Shown: positions 18,356 to 27,537 of the stretch, in pieces
How positions within the stretch are numbered: position 1 is the first letter of the stretch
Layout: each line of letters opens with the position of its first letter
IMG/VR virus record: IMGVR_UViG_3300049198_000021
Location: 32,001 to 96,000 of that record
Length of the DNA: 64,000 nucleotides
Reading direction: 5' to 3' (one strand)
Origin: a virus
Taxonomy: Duplodnaviria > Caudoviricetes
The notes under the pieces: generated by a model
Seen by the model: only the letters and a program-made list of their open reading frames with translations
Database searches by the model: none
What the model was told of the DNA's origin: nothing
Position numbers and translations under genes: made by a program

Positions 18356-19044
18356 TCGGATTCCCCTGCGACAGATGCGATACGATCAAGGCCGATCGCG
18401 ATCTCGCAGACCAAGAGGTCGGGGCCGAAGTCTTCCCGGATCGAGCAGGACGCCATTTCGGTCCACTTATCCCCACGCAGTGCTTCGATGTCGAGCGTGC
18501 TTTGGCTGTAGGACGGCAGCCGATCGCTTGCGATCACCCGCGTCTCCGTCTTGCAGAAGCGCTCGATCTCCCGCTGAACATCAGGGATCAGGGCGGCCCG
18601 ATAATCAGCCTTGGAATCGGCCCGGTAGATGGCCTGAAACTCAAGCTGCCAGAACGAATTGAACCGCAGCTTGGCGGCGCTGGCACCGTCATTGGTTTCG
18701 CGGCGTGCGCTGATACCAGCCTGCCAGACGCACAGGGGCATCTTACCGCCCAGATGACGGGCATAGGCATAGCTGCTCGGCGTCGTCTCGGCGCGCAAGC
18801 ACAGGGGTTCACCACCACGGATGTCGTTCGTGATGAAGATGTCATTGTCATCGTAGGCCGCGCTGATCTGCGAGCGAGGGTGAAGGATCGGGCCTTCGCA
18901 GCGAGCGAAGCGCCATGCCGGATTGACAGCCAGCAAGCGGCGCTTGATGACGTTAGTCACCCGCGCTTGGAATGCCTCACGTAATTCGATCTCGTCCTCA
19001 GACCAGAAGCGCAGGCCGCCGAGTTTGAACAGGGCTTCGCTCAT
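18352..19044 (-). CDS. class II aminoacyl-tRNA synthetase-like catalytic core (GlyRS/ProRS-like), no anticodon domain
   Basis: LRAETT, motif 2 QAGISARRE...LRFNSFWQLEFQ, EMASCSIR, motif 3 EIAIGLDR; only 230 aa. Confidence 0.75.
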   Translation of the reverse strand: MSEALFKLGGLRFWSEDEIELREAFQARVTNVIKRRLLAVNPAWRFARCEGPILHPRSQISAAYDDNDIFITNDIRGGEPLCLRAETTPSSYAYARHLGGKMPLCVWQAGISARRETNDGASAAKLRFNSFWQLEFQAIYRADSKADYRAALIPDVQREIERFCKTETRVIASDRLPSYSQSTLDIEALRGDKWTEMASCSIREDFGPDLLVCEIAIGLDRIASVAGESE

Positions 19045-19045
19045 C

Positions 19046-19240
19046 TCAGAGGTCCCAGATCGCGGCGACGATAGTGGTGACGAATGCGATAATCCCGATC
19101 AGAATGCAGCCGCCGCCGATGATAGCATACCAGTCATTTTTGTCGCTGTAGCGGCCGTAATTCGCCTCATCCAGCTTTGCCATGCAGTAGCCGATTGCGC
19201 CGAAGATGACGGCAATGGTCGCGGCGATCTTGAGAATCAT
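19046..19240 (-). CDS. two-TM membrane protein
   Basis: GGAGA RBS after class-2 promoter. Confidence 0.65.
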   Translation of the reverse strand: MILKIAATIAVIFGAIGYCMAKLDEANYGRYSDKNDWYAIIGGGCILIGIIAFVTTIVAAIWDL

Positions 19241-19268
19241 ATTAGCTGTCTCCTGTTGTTGTCAGAAT

Positions 19269-19297
19269 GGCGTAGGATGATTCTTCCGGATCGTCAA
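19269..19297 (-). promoter_or_regulatory. class-2 promoter copy
   Basis: TTGACG-ATCCGGAAGAATCATCC-TACGCC. Confidence 0.7.
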
Positions 19298-19300
19298 CAG

Positions 19301-19519
19301 CTATTCTTTGAGGTATTCCGCCATCAGCGCCATGGCAGCATTCCATGTCTTCGACGCGCCTTGGGCTACCCCGTTGATGTAGAAGACGTAGGCACCACCC
19401 GGCTGGCGTGTGATGATGATTTCTTTGTCCCCCACCTTCATCTCCAGAAGCAGCCCTCGGCGTCCTGTGATGTGGATCGCATCGGGGATGGGGATGCTTG
19501 GGTCTCCGTAACGTGGCAT
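19301..19519 (-). CDS. hypothetical protein
   Basis: GGAG RBS. Confidence 0.6.
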   Translation of the reverse strand: MPRYGDPSIPIPDAIHITGRRGLLLEMKVGDKEIIITRQPGGAYVFYINGVAQGASKTWNAAMALMAEYLKE

Positions 19520-19530
19520 GTAGGCTCCTA

Positions 19531-19896
19531 TCAGTGTGGGTCGAAGACCTTGACGCCGTTTAGCTGGAAGAACTCATCCACCTCATGGGTTTCGCATTTG
19601 ATGATCTGCGATCGGAGCCATCGTGTCCAATCATAATCAGAATAAGCGATCTTATCCAAGGTGTATTCGGCTCGTAGTGTGATCATCCGATCAGATGTTG
19701 GATTATCCGCATCTATCGCATCCATTTTGATCGTCAGATAAATATACTGACTATCTTCATCAAATATGAACTGCCAGCCCGGCTTGTAGGTGAAGTTGTC
19801 CAGAAGGTCTTTCAGTGAATGCTTCTCGTCTGGCTCTCTGTGCGCTAAATTGGCTAGGCTGTAATGCTCAAAGCCTTCATAGTATGTCATCGCCAT
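19531..19896 (-). CDS. hypothetical protein
   Basis: ORF track; HEVDEFF motif. Confidence 0.6.
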   Translation of the reverse strand: MAMTYYEGFEHYSLANLAHREPDEKHSLKDLLDNFTYKPGWQFIFDEDSQYIYLTIKMDAIDADNPTSDRMITLRAEYTLDKIAYSDYDWTRWLRSQIIKCETHEVDEFFQLNGVKVFDPH

Positions 19897-19903
19897 GACA
19901 GGT

Positions 19904-20320
19904 TCACTCTTCCGTGTCCGGTCCTTCGAACAGGACATTCATGAAGGGCGAACGCCCGATCGTCAGCATGTCGCGGGCGTGGTCGAGAGCCTGTTCGCGC
20001 GTTAGGCCGGCTGTCACCAGTTCGTCGTCGCTGGCGTCAATATAGAAGTGAGCCGCCCGCAAAGCGTGCATGGCTTCCGTAAAGCCAGACGAGAACAACG
20101 CGATCTCACCAGCCCGCTCGCGTGCTTTGGTGCGCCATTCATCCCGTTCATCGATCAGCCGCTGCCGGTCACTCAGAAGCTCTTCGATCAGCTTCGCGGC
20201 ATCCAAACCGTCCGGGTTGATCAGGTATTTTTCGTTGCCTTTGAATCCTTTACGCGAGACGTAGCGGTGGCTCGTCGTCGTCAGGCGGGTCAGTAGGGCG
20301 TCGATTTGGCGGGGGTGCAT
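19904..20320 (-). CDS. hypothetical protein
   Basis: AAGGA RBS before MHPRQ. Confidence 0.6.
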   Translation of the reverse strand: MHPRQIDALLTRLTTTSHRYVSRKGFKGNEKYLINPDGLDAAKLIEELLSDRQRLIDERDEWRTKARERAGEIALFSSGFTEAMHALRAAHFYIDASDDELVTAGLTREQALDHARDMLTIGRSPFMNVLFEGPDTEE

Positions 20321-20336
20321 GTAGGTGTTCCTTCTG

Positions 20337-21578
20337 TCAACGGGGGAGGATAATGCGAGAATCGTCGAAATATCGGCGAAGCGCCGGCGGGATCGTGATG
20401 CACCCATCCTCGTGCTGGTAGTTCTCGATGATAGCCGCGACGGTGCGGCCGACGGCCAGCCCAGACGCGTTGAGAGTGTGGACGAACTTCGCCTTATCCT
20501 TGTGGTGTTCCTTGTAACGCGTGTTCATGCGGCGCGCTTGGAAGTCCCCGCAATTCGAGCAGGATGCCACTTCCACCCAACGCTTCATGCCGGGGAACCA
20601 GACCTCCAGATCATAGGTGATCGCCGCGCCGAAGCCCGTCTCTTCCTCGCTCAGAAGGACTATCCGATACGGGAGTTCCAGCTTGTCCAAGATCGAGATC
20701 GCCGAGCCACGAAGGAAGTCATGCTCAGCGGCGCTGTCTTCGGGGCGTGTGATGCTGACCAGTTCGACCTTCTCGAACTGGTGTTGACGCAGTAGGCCGG
20801 TCGCGTCCCGGCCCAGCGATCCCACTTCCGAACGGAAGCACTGGGTAAGAGCCACCATGCGGATCGGAAGCTCTTCCCCATTGAGGATACGGTCGGCGAC
20901 GCTCGCCACCAACGGCACCTCACCAGTCGGAATCAACCAACCGCCCGGCACCTTGAAGCTGTCCTCAGCGAACTTGGGAAGCTTGTCAGTCCCAAACATG
21001 GCGTCCTCATTGACGATCACAGGTGGGATGCATTCGATGAAGCCGCCCACGCTGATATGGGTATCAAGCATGAACTGCCCCACGGCCCGGTGCAGCCGGG
21101 CCATGTCACCACGCAGGAAGGGGAACCGCGATCCGGCCAGCGCCGCACCAGTCTCCGGTTCGAAGCCGATCTTTGCGCCTAGTGTGGCGTGATCCTTGGG
21201 TTCGAAGAACGGAATCGTGGGCTCGTAAAGGGTCGCCTGATTGTCCACCGGGACGAACTTGTCGAGAATGTTGGGAAGCTCGCACAGAAGCTGGTTGAGG
21301 TCCCCTTCGTAGATCGCTATGTGTTCTTCTTCGCGTTTGATCTTCTCGTTGAGTTCCCGCACCTTCGCTTTGGCGATTTCCGCCCAGTCCGATCCGCCTT
21401 TGCCGATTTCCTTACTGATCCGATTTCGGTCGGAGAGGAGTTCTTGTGCGCGTGCCTTGTGATGCCGAACGTATTCGTCCAGCGACAAGATTTCAGCCGA
21501 CACAGGAGGAAGCCCGCGTCGCGCCATCTGGCGATCGAACTCAGCCGGGTCCGCCCGAATCATACGGATGTCGTGCAT
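20337..21578 (-). CDS. serS: seryl-tRNA synthetase
   Basis: N-terminal coiled-coil arm MHDIRMIR..., LIPTGEVPL, FRSE...GLLRQHQFEKVELV, TYDLEVW, SCSNCGDFQARR, HTLNASGLAVGR. Confidence 0.95.
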   Translation of the reverse strand: MHDIRMIRADPAEFDRQMARRGLPPVSAEILSLDEYVRHHKARAQELLSDRNRISKEIGKGGSDWAEIAKAKVRELNEKIKREEEHIAIYEGDLNQLLCELPNILDKFVPVDNQATLYEPTIPFFEPKDHATLGAKIGFEPETGAALAGSRFPFLRGDMARLHRAVGQFMLDTHISVGGFIECIPPVIVNEDAMFGTDKLPKFAEDSFKVPGGWLIPTGEVPLVASVADRILNGEELPIRMVALTQCFRSEVGSLGRDATGLLRQHQFEKVELVSITRPEDSAAEHDFLRGSAISILDKLELPYRIVLLSEEETGFGAAITYDLEVWFPGMKRWVEVASCSNCGDFQARRMNTRYKEHHKDKAKFVHTLNASGLAVGRTVAAIIENYQHEDGCITIPPALRRYFDDSRIILPR

Positions 21579-21859
21579 TACCAGATGTTCCGTCCGAGGG
21601 GATTGTGTTCGAAGACGTGCCAGATGTAAGCCCCATCATGGATCGTGCCATGATAGTGGTGCGTGTTGGGGACATCTTCACCAGTGGCGAAAATTTCAAA
21701 CGTTCGGTCGGTCACTTCTCCGCCGTGTTGTGCGGTCAATGCCCAGAGGCAGTGATTTCCATTTGGATCGAGACCGACGTGCATGATCTGGCAGCCAACC
21801 GGCATCTGGATAGTGGTCAGGGTTTCCAACCGGTGCTTGAGGATGCGATGAGGAATCAT
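21578..21859 (-). CDS. conserved-looking phage protein
   Basis: CLWAL...FATG...YHGT...WHVFE. Confidence 0.65.
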   Translation of the reverse strand: MIPHRILKHRLETLTTIQMPVGCQIMHVGLDPNGNHCLWALTAQHGGEVTDRTFEIFATGEDVPNTHHYHGTIHDGAYIWHVFEHNPLGRNIW

Positions 21860-21862
21860 TAT

Positions 21863-22123
21863 TTACCCTTCCCAGTCAACGATGTCGTAACCCGTCTCCG
21901 GGTCTTCCCATTCCACCCATTCACCGTCCTCGAAGACTTCGAGGCCGCCGGCGTTGGCGTAGTCAGGCTTGATGTTGTTGTTGTATTGAAACAGATCGTA
22001 GCGCGCTAGGGCTTCGATCATCTTGACGGCTTCCTCAGGGCTCTCCACAGGGACGTGGAAAGACTTCATCGGCACCTGAGGGCACCACCAGACGCGGAGA
22101 TCGCCGTGCTTAGGGTCGGTCAT
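21863..22123 (-). CDS. P22 gp17-like anti-exclusion protein
   Basis: LRVWWCPQVPMKSFHVPVESPEE...ALARYDLFQYNNNIKPDYANAGGL, near-verbatim to the P22 gp17 core as recalled. Confidence 0.75.
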   Translation of the reverse strand: MTDPKHGDLRVWWCPQVPMKSFHVPVESPEEAVKMIEALARYDLFQYNNNIKPDYANAGGLEVFEDGEWVEWEDPETGYDIVDWEG

Positions 22124-22365
22124 GCCAAGGACTCCGCATAGGCCCGGATCGCCGCGCCTTCTCGGGTAAGGGCGAACTCCTTGTAGCGTTCACCCTGACG
22201 CATCTTGACCAGCGCCGGACGACGCCCGTTGGCCTTGGTAAGCCGGATCGCACACGCCTCAGCGCAGCCAAGGATGCAATAGGTATCATCCAGACCCGCG
22301 ATGGTCGAGATTTGTGCCCGGCTCAGCTTGCCATAGATCGCCGAAGTTTCCAGAAGATGATACAT
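22120..22365 (-). CDS. hypothetical protein
   Basis: AAGGA RBS before MYHLL. Confidence 0.55.
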   Translation of the reverse strand: MYHLLETSAIYGKLSRAQISTIAGLDDTYCILGCAEACAIRLTKANGRRPALVKMRQGERYKEFALTREGAAIRAYAESLA

Positions 22366-22491
22366 CAGAACGTCCTTACCAGATTTGATCGAGCTTAGAG
22401 GCGGCGATGCCAACGAACACGCCAAGAACATACCAAGCGAAGATGTGGCCTCGCGTTGTGTGGACGATCTCGCCGGACCAGTCGAAGATGT

Positions 22492-22794
22492 TCATAGTTC
22501 CTCCATCAGCTTCTGACGCACCCACGCGAGGCGCTTCGGGTTTTCATGCATCAACCCATCGTCACCTTCCTGCCAGTAGTCGATCTCGTAGTTGAAGGGC
22601 GTGTCGCAGTCGTTTTCAAACTGCTCTTTCAACAGATCACGAAGCTCGTAATATAGCTTTACCGAGCGTTTTTCAGCATGATAGCACAACCCAAAATGCC
22701 GGCAGAAGCCACCTTCGGAGGGTTTTCCGGGTGTGGCCCCGCTGGTAGCCCAGTTGTGCCAGTCGGCGAGGAAGGTGCTGAGAGCGGGGCTCAT
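22492..22794 (-). CDS. hypothetical phage protein
   Basis: ORF track. Confidence 0.65.
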   Translation of the reverse strand: MSPALSTFLADWHNWATSGATPGKPSEGGFCRHFGLCYHAEKRSVKLYYELRDLLKEQFENDCDTPFNYEIDYWQEGDDGLMHENPKRLAWVRQKLMEEL

Positions 22795-22801
22795 GTTGCG
22801 A

Positions 22802-23254
22802 TTACTTCGACTTGAAGCCGCCGCCCGACGAAGGACGGTAAGCCGGCGCGGAGGGGCGATAGGTGGAAGGCTTGTAGGACGAAGACGACGGCTTGTAGGA
22901 CGACGACTTGGCGGCGTTCTGGCGCTGCTGTTGTTGCTGACGACGAAGTTCGACCTTCTGACGCTCGATCTTCACCTTCAAGCGCTTGATTTCCTGCGAC
23001 TGCGAGCCATACTTGTTCGCCATGCTGGGATGGTAGCTGCCCCGGTAGCCCGGATCGCGGTAGATGTAGCTCTGGCCGGACGAGTTGCTGCCGATCATGT
23101 AACCCACCATACCGTAGAGCAGGTAGTCATTCACGTTCCCACCGGCGTCGGACCAGTTGCGGCATTCGGTCGGATTCGAGGCGGACGCGCATTCGTCTTG
23201 GATGCTGCAAGCGGAGAGAGCGGCACAGGCTGCGAGGGCAATCAACTTCTTCAT
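22802..23254 (-). CDS. lipoprotein with Ser/Tyr/Lys low-complexity tail
   Basis: LSAC lipobox; SSSYKP repeats. Confidence 0.75.
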   Translation of the reverse strand: MKKLIALAACAALSACSIQDECASASNPTECRNWSDAGGNVNDYLLYGMVGYMIGSNSSGQSYIYRDPGYRGSYHPSMANKYGSQSQEIKRLKVKIERQKVELRRQQQQQRQNAAKSSSYKPSSSSYKPSTYRPSAPAYRPSSGGGFKSK

Positions 23255-23281
23255 GGGTGTCTCCTTAGATTGGACCTTGAT

Positions 23282-23558
23282 TCAGGTGGTGATTTCTTCG
23301 AGGGCCGGCACGCCAAACTTGCCTTCCATCTTCATGACGATGAACTTCTGGCCGGGGTGTTTGATCGCCAGCCGCTCAGCTTCCGCCATGGCGAGTTCGC
23401 GGGTCGGGTGGTAGAACTGGGGTCGGCGACCGAACTTGGTCCAGACGCAGTAGGTGCCGATCTCTTCAAAAGGCGGCGCGGGGCGGGGAGGTGTTGATCT
23501 CGTTGGCGGTCACAGTGCCGGGTTCGTCACTGGTCATAAGGTCAGCCATCAGATTCAT
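23282..23558 (-). CDS. small gene interrupted by a +1 frameshift (TTT TGA)
   Basis: Frame A MNLMADLM...PRAAF* meets frame +1 EEIGTYCVWTKFGRRPQFYHPTRELAMAEAERLA... at 23466-23471. Confidence 0.45.
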
Positions 23559-23839
23559 AGGTTGAACTCCTTTTGAGGGTTGTCGATTTCAGCGAGAAAA
23601 GCCTTGATAGCAGTCGCAATCCCTTTGACTCGGGGAATATCGATCAAGTCACCATCGCGTTCGGCCCGCTCGATTTCTTCTTGGAAGAGTTCGAGCCCGT
23701 GGCGCTTGACCAGAACGTATCCGGCGGCCCGGTCAGAGTCAGCAACGGCTTGTGCCAGACCACGCTCGAAACCGGGGGCGATGTCTTCGAACGCAAAAAC
23801 GATAGCAGCGGCCCGCCGGTGGTTGATCTCGTCGTTCAT
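23555..23839 (-). CDS. hypothetical protein
   Basis: ORF track; start MNDEIN. Confidence 0.6.
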   Translation of the reverse strand: MNDEINHRRAAAIVFAFEDIAPGFERGLAQAVADSDRAAGYVLVKRHGLELFQEEIERAERDGDLIDIPRVKGIATAIKAFLAEIDNPQKEFNL

Positions 23840-23841
23840 GG

Positions 23842-24129
23842 TCAGAACTTCCGATCGGCATTGATGAGCGAGACCTTGGTGCCCGGCTGGAGCAGGGCAG
23901 CCGCGTGTTCGCCCACCTCGCAGACGCGGACCAAGCCGCCAACTTCGACGAGGACTGTAGTCCGTTTGATTACGATGTCGGGGCCACGGAAGCCGGGGCG
24001 GATCTCGGTCCAATCGGCCGCGTCCTTGATGATGCCCGATTCCTTGGGTGTCATGCACTTCTCGACCGGGACAGGCTCAGCGCAAGCGGACAGGCCGAGG
24101 AGCGCCGACAGGATGGCGAGCTTCTTCAT
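23842..24129 (-). CDS. lipoprotein
   Basis: LSAC lipobox. Confidence 0.7.
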   Translation of the reverse strand: MKKLAILSALLGLSACAEPVPVEKCMTPKESGIIKDAADWTEIRPGFRGPDIVIKRTTVLVEVGGLVRVCEVGEHAAALLQPGTKVSLINADRKF

Positions 24130-24428
24130 GCGACTTCCTTCTTGATGTATTTGTCGGCGATCGCAACGAGATCGTCCCAGCGGCTTTGGTCGAACGCAGC
24201 CTGCATTGCGATTGCGTCCACATATTGATCGTCCGGGATTTCCAGAACCCCTTCCTTTTTCAAAGAAACCACAGAGGCGAACAGCCGGTAGTTGCGTTCG
24301 TCCCGCGTCATCAGCGTGCCGATGATGCAGGGCGCGGCGTTGCTACACGTCCCCAGCGCCGGGGCGCATTCGTCGAGATGGGCTTGGGTTAGGTCGCGAA
24401 GATCGATCTTGATCGTAGGCTTGCTCAT
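24126..24428 (-). CDS. paralogue family A member 1
   Basis: IKIDLRDLT...APCIIG...MQAAFD...WD. Confidence 0.7.
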   Translation of the reverse strand: MSKPTIKIDLRDLTQAHLDECAPALGTCSNAAPCIIGTLMTRDERNYRLFASVVSLKKEGVLEIPDDQYVDAIAMQAAFDQSRWDDLVAIADKYIKKEVA

Positions 24429-24817
24429 GCGCCTTCCCCCGTGTTGGGGATCATGTCGTCCAGAGCGCGGCACATCTGCCGGACAGGACACCGATCGATT
24501 TCGCCCTTCATGGCCCGGCCCTGTTCGATCAGGCGGTCCGGCTCCAGTTGGGCGCGGATGTTCTGGATCATGGTGATAGGGACAAGCACCATCCCACTCG
24601 CTACCTTAACCTGCTCGAAAGCCGTCCAGTCACGATAATGTGTGATGCACATGGTAGGGTTGTTCGGCCAATCCTTCCAAACGTAAGAAGAAGCATGTTC
24701 AGAGCGCCGTTCAGTTGAACCATCGCCCCATTTGATCTCCACATCGTGTCCTTTAGGGACCGGGCAATTTCCGGAGCCGTCGTGTGGTAGCCAAGCAGGC
24801 TCGGTCTTGGTCGTCAT
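24425..24817 (-). CDS. paralogue family B member (WxxHxGxxCPV)
   Basis: GGAGA RBS after class-2 promoter. Confidence 0.65.
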   Translation of the reverse strand: MTTKTEPAWLPHDGSGNCPVPKGHDVEIKWGDGSTERRSEHASSYVWKDWPNNPTMCITHYRDWTAFEQVKVASGMVLVPITMIQNIRAQLEPDRLIEQGRAMKGEIDRCPVRQMCRALDDMIPNTGEGA

Positions 24818-24844
24818 TAACTGTCTCCCTGTTGTTGTGCGAAT

Positions 24845-24873
24845 CGAATAGGACGTTTCTTCCGGTTAGGCAA
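24845..24873 (-). promoter_or_regulatory. class-2 promoter copy
   Basis: TTGCCT-AACCGGAAGAAACGTCC-TATTCG. Confidence 0.6.
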
Positions 24874-24896
24874 GCGCCATTTTCACTGACCCGGTG

Positions 24897-25184
24897 TTAT
24901 TCTGAGGATACCGGCAGGGGCCGTGGTTCACCGATCAACCAGAAACACCGGGTGATGCGGGGCCGTCCCCGGCTGTCGTGACCATGGATGCGCGTCTTGC
25001 GAAACAGATCAGGAGCCTGCTCGCAGGAGTTGATGGCTGCTTGGATGCGATCCAGCGGGTGGACATGCTTGGTGCCGTGCTGGCAGGCCGCCTCTGCTAG
25101 GACGCCATCGCCCCACACCACGGACTCAACTCCGTCGGCGATCAGCAGGTGCGCCACCCGATCGGCGATCCGCACCTTAGCCAC
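24897..25184 (-). CDS. hypothetical protein
   Basis: ORF track. Confidence 0.55.
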   Translation of the reverse strand: MAKVRIADRVAHLLIADGVESVVWGDGVLAEAACQHGTKHVHPLDRIQAAINSCEQAPDLFRKTRIHGHDSRGRPRITRCFWLIGEPRPLPVSSE

Positions 25185-25389
25185 GCGGTTTCACCAGTCG
25201 CAGACCGTCGAGGAGCCCATCAGCGTCCGACGAGATGTTATCCGCCCAGTCGCTCAAGCGCATCTGGTCGATCGGTTCAGGAGCCAAGGCTTCGGTGTCC
25301 ATCATCTCATCCATCAGGCGTTCAGCGCTGCGCTTGATCGTCTCGGCGCGTTGCCGCCATGAGCGTAGCTGGTTGGGCGTGATGCTCAT
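25177..25389 (-). CDS. hypothetical protein
   Basis: ORF track; coupled. Confidence 0.6.
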   Translation of the reverse strand: MSITPNQLRSWRQRAETIKRSAERLMDEMMDTEALAPEPIDQMRLSDWADNISSDADGLLDGLRLVKPRG

Positions 25390-25760
25390 TGAGCCATCTC
25401 GGCGTCGGCCAGTTCAAGGAACTTCTCGAAGAACTTCGGAGCCAGATCGTCGTAGTCCGGTCGGTTGTCGAAGACCGGGAAGCCGATTGCGGTGTCCATG
25501 TGAGAGGTCATCGCCTGCGTGGCATCGTGGACCTTCATCTGGATGTCATACATATCGTCGCGATCTTCCAGTCCGTAATCCCAGCCGAGGCCCAGTCGGA
25601 CCTTGACGTAGATTTCCGAAAGCTCAAGATGGCGCTGTGCCTTCTCGAAGCCGTCTAGCCGGCCTTGGGTGTTGGACATGAGATAGCGGTGGATGTGAAA
25701 CCGCATGAGTTGCCACAAGGCTCGCTTGTTCTCGGCGCGAAGCTGCTCGATCTCGGTCAT
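25386..25760 (-). CDS. hypothetical protein
   Basis: ORF track; coupled. Confidence 0.65.
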   Translation of the reverse strand: MTEIEQLRAENKRALWQLMRFHIHRYLMSNTQGRLDGFEKAQRHLELSEIYVKVRLGLGWDYGLEDRDDMYDIQMKVHDATQAMTSHMDTAIGFPVFDNRPDYDDLAPKFFEKFLELADAEMAQ

Positions 25761-26296
25761 GGCTTCTGTCCATTCGTGATCCGGGCAGACTGCATATCGT
25801 ATGCGAGCAGCGTCAGCTTGTCAGCAAGACCAACCGCATCCGCCGGGTCAGTGAAAGCCAGCCACCATTCCGGTGCGCCACGGCTGGCTTCCCAAGCTTC
25901 CTCAGGAGTCTTTCCGTCGGACTCCTGATAGCCGTCGCGGCAGCCGCGAATGACGATGGTGGAGGCTTCGGCCGAAACCGCCGATCCGATCAGGATGACG
26001 CCCCCGCCAAAGGGGATGATGTGTGGTCGCACTTCGGGCTCGGTCTTGGCGGTCCGCTTCTTACGGGAAGCGGCTTCCTCGATCCGGGCCAAAAGACCCT
26101 CCGCCGCGTCGATGCGCGTCTGTTCACTCACCGTCAGGTTTTCGTGATCGGCAACCGGGAGCAGCCGATACATGGCATTCATCAGATCAGCCACCAGCTT
26201 GTTGCTGGCAGCCAGTTCCTGTTGGAGGCGGCCCGCTTCATGCAAGGCGGCAAGAAGCTCGCCGGCAAGCTGGTCATCAGTGTTCGGTGTGTTCAT
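25757..26296 (-). CDS. hypothetical protein
   Basis: ORF track; coupled. Confidence 0.65.
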   Translation of the reverse strand: MNTPNTDDQLAGELLAALHEAGRLQQELAASNKLVADLMNAMYRLLPVADHENLTVSEQTRIDAAEGLLARIEEAASRKKRTAKTEPEVRPHIIPFGGGVILIGSAVSAEASTIVIRGCRDGYQESDGKTPEEAWEASRGAPEWWLAFTDPADAVGLADKLTLLAYDMQSARITNGQKP

Positions 26297-26580
26297 CCTT
26301 CACCCCCTGAGATCGTGGTGCGGGCGATGGTGGCCGCCGCACAGTAGCCTTCCAGCCAGTCGAGTGAGCGCGTCTGGCCGTTCATGCCGCGATTGAGGGC
26401 ATCATCCAGTCGTTCGGTGATCTGGCTGTTCATGGTAGTGATGATTTTGGAGACCTGCTCCATGTCAGCACGAGCCATCTTGGCATCTTCGAAGGATGCA
26501 TATGAGCCCAGCCAGATACCGTTGTCATCGACAAGATCGTAGAAGCCGAACTTCTTGTCATGATTGATGTGGATGATCAA
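26293..26580 (-). CDS. hypothetical protein
   Basis: TTG start after GGAGA RBS and class-2 promoter. Confidence 0.6.
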   Translation of the reverse strand: MIIHINHDKKFGFYDLVDDNGIWLGSYASFEDAKMARADMEQVSKIITTMNSQITERLDDALNRGMNGQTRSLDWLEGYCAAATIARTTISGGEG

Positions 26581-26613
26581 AGTGCTGTCTCCTGATTCGT
26601 TGTTCATGCGAAT

Positions 26614-26642
26614 CGGTTAGGACGAATCTTCCGGTTCGTCAA
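26614..26642 (-). promoter_or_regulatory. class-2 promoter copy
   Basis: TTGACG-AACCGGAAGATTCGTCC-TAACCG. Confidence 0.7.
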
Positions 26643-26912
26643 TCAGTATTCGAACGACTCGTCCCACTCGTCATTGATCCCACAAATCTTGACCTGATCC
26701 CAGAGCAATTCTCGTGAGTATTCAGTTGTGTATTTCAATAGCTCGCAACGTGCGTGGTCGTCGGGAAGCGCACGGAAGTGCGGACATTTCTTGACCGGCA
26801 TTCGGCCGTTATCATCGAAGTCACCAAGGCGGGTATAGCAATACCACCCTTTGGGTATTTCATTGCGCTGTTCGTCGGTCAGCGCCGCGACTATGCGCTC
26901 TTCCTCAGTCAT
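26643..26912 (-). CDS. Cys-rich hypothetical protein
   Basis: IPKGWYCY...CPH...LLWDQVKICGIN. Confidence 0.65.
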   Translation of the reverse strand: MTEEERIVAALTDEQRNEIPKGWYCYTRLGDFDDNGRMPVKKCPHFRALPDDHARCELLKYTTEYSRELLWDQVKICGINDEWDESFEY

Positions 26913-27537
26913 TTTGTTCTCGTTTCATGTTCGCCGCTTTGTCTTCGGCTTCCATGGATTCCACGGCGTCCTTCATGATGGCGATCGTGACCTTACGGTA
27001 GTCCGAGAAGGTCCGGCTGTAGCCTTTACGCTCGTCGTCAGTCAGCGCCCAGCGGACGGACATACGCACGGTGACCTCGTTACCGCTGAACGTGCTATCC
27101 ATCGTCCGCATTGCCGAATGCTTGTTGACCACCCGGTTCCAGCGCTTCTGAAAATCGAATTGGCGATCGGTCCACTTGTAGCGTTCGCGGACTTGCCGGG
27201 GCGGCATGAAGGACAGGCCGACATTGGTCCACCAACAAAGCGAACCGTCTTCGAGGCTTTCGATCAGGTAGCGTCGGCTGTATCTGTTACCATCTTCGAT
27301 CTCTCGCAGCCAGCCGATCTGCCACTTCGACGGCATGGCGGATTCGAGGATCACCAGATCGCCGACTACAGCGTCGCGGGTGCTGTCATATCCGGCTGGT
27401 GTGAAGCCGTTGAGTGATGGCGAGTTCTTACCGTATTCGGCGTCGGGTTCCCAGTTGCGCGTGATGTAGAACGACAGGATGTCGCTCATGATCAGGGTCC
27501 GGGCCCGGTTGCGATCGAACGGACGCGGCTTGCTCAT
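26905..27537 (-). CDS. hypothetical protein
   Basis: ORF track; coupled. Confidence 0.7.
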   Translation of the reverse strand: MSKPRPFDRNRARTLIMSDILSFYITRNWEPDAEYGKNSPSLNGFTPAGYDSTRDAVVGDLVILESAMPSKWQIGWLREIEDGNRYSRRYLIESLEDGSLCWWTNVGLSFMPPRQVRERYKWTDRQFDFQKRWNRVVNKHSAMRTMDSTFSGNEVTVRMSVRWALTDDERKGYSRTFSDYRKVTIAIMKDAVESMEAEDKAANMKREQND

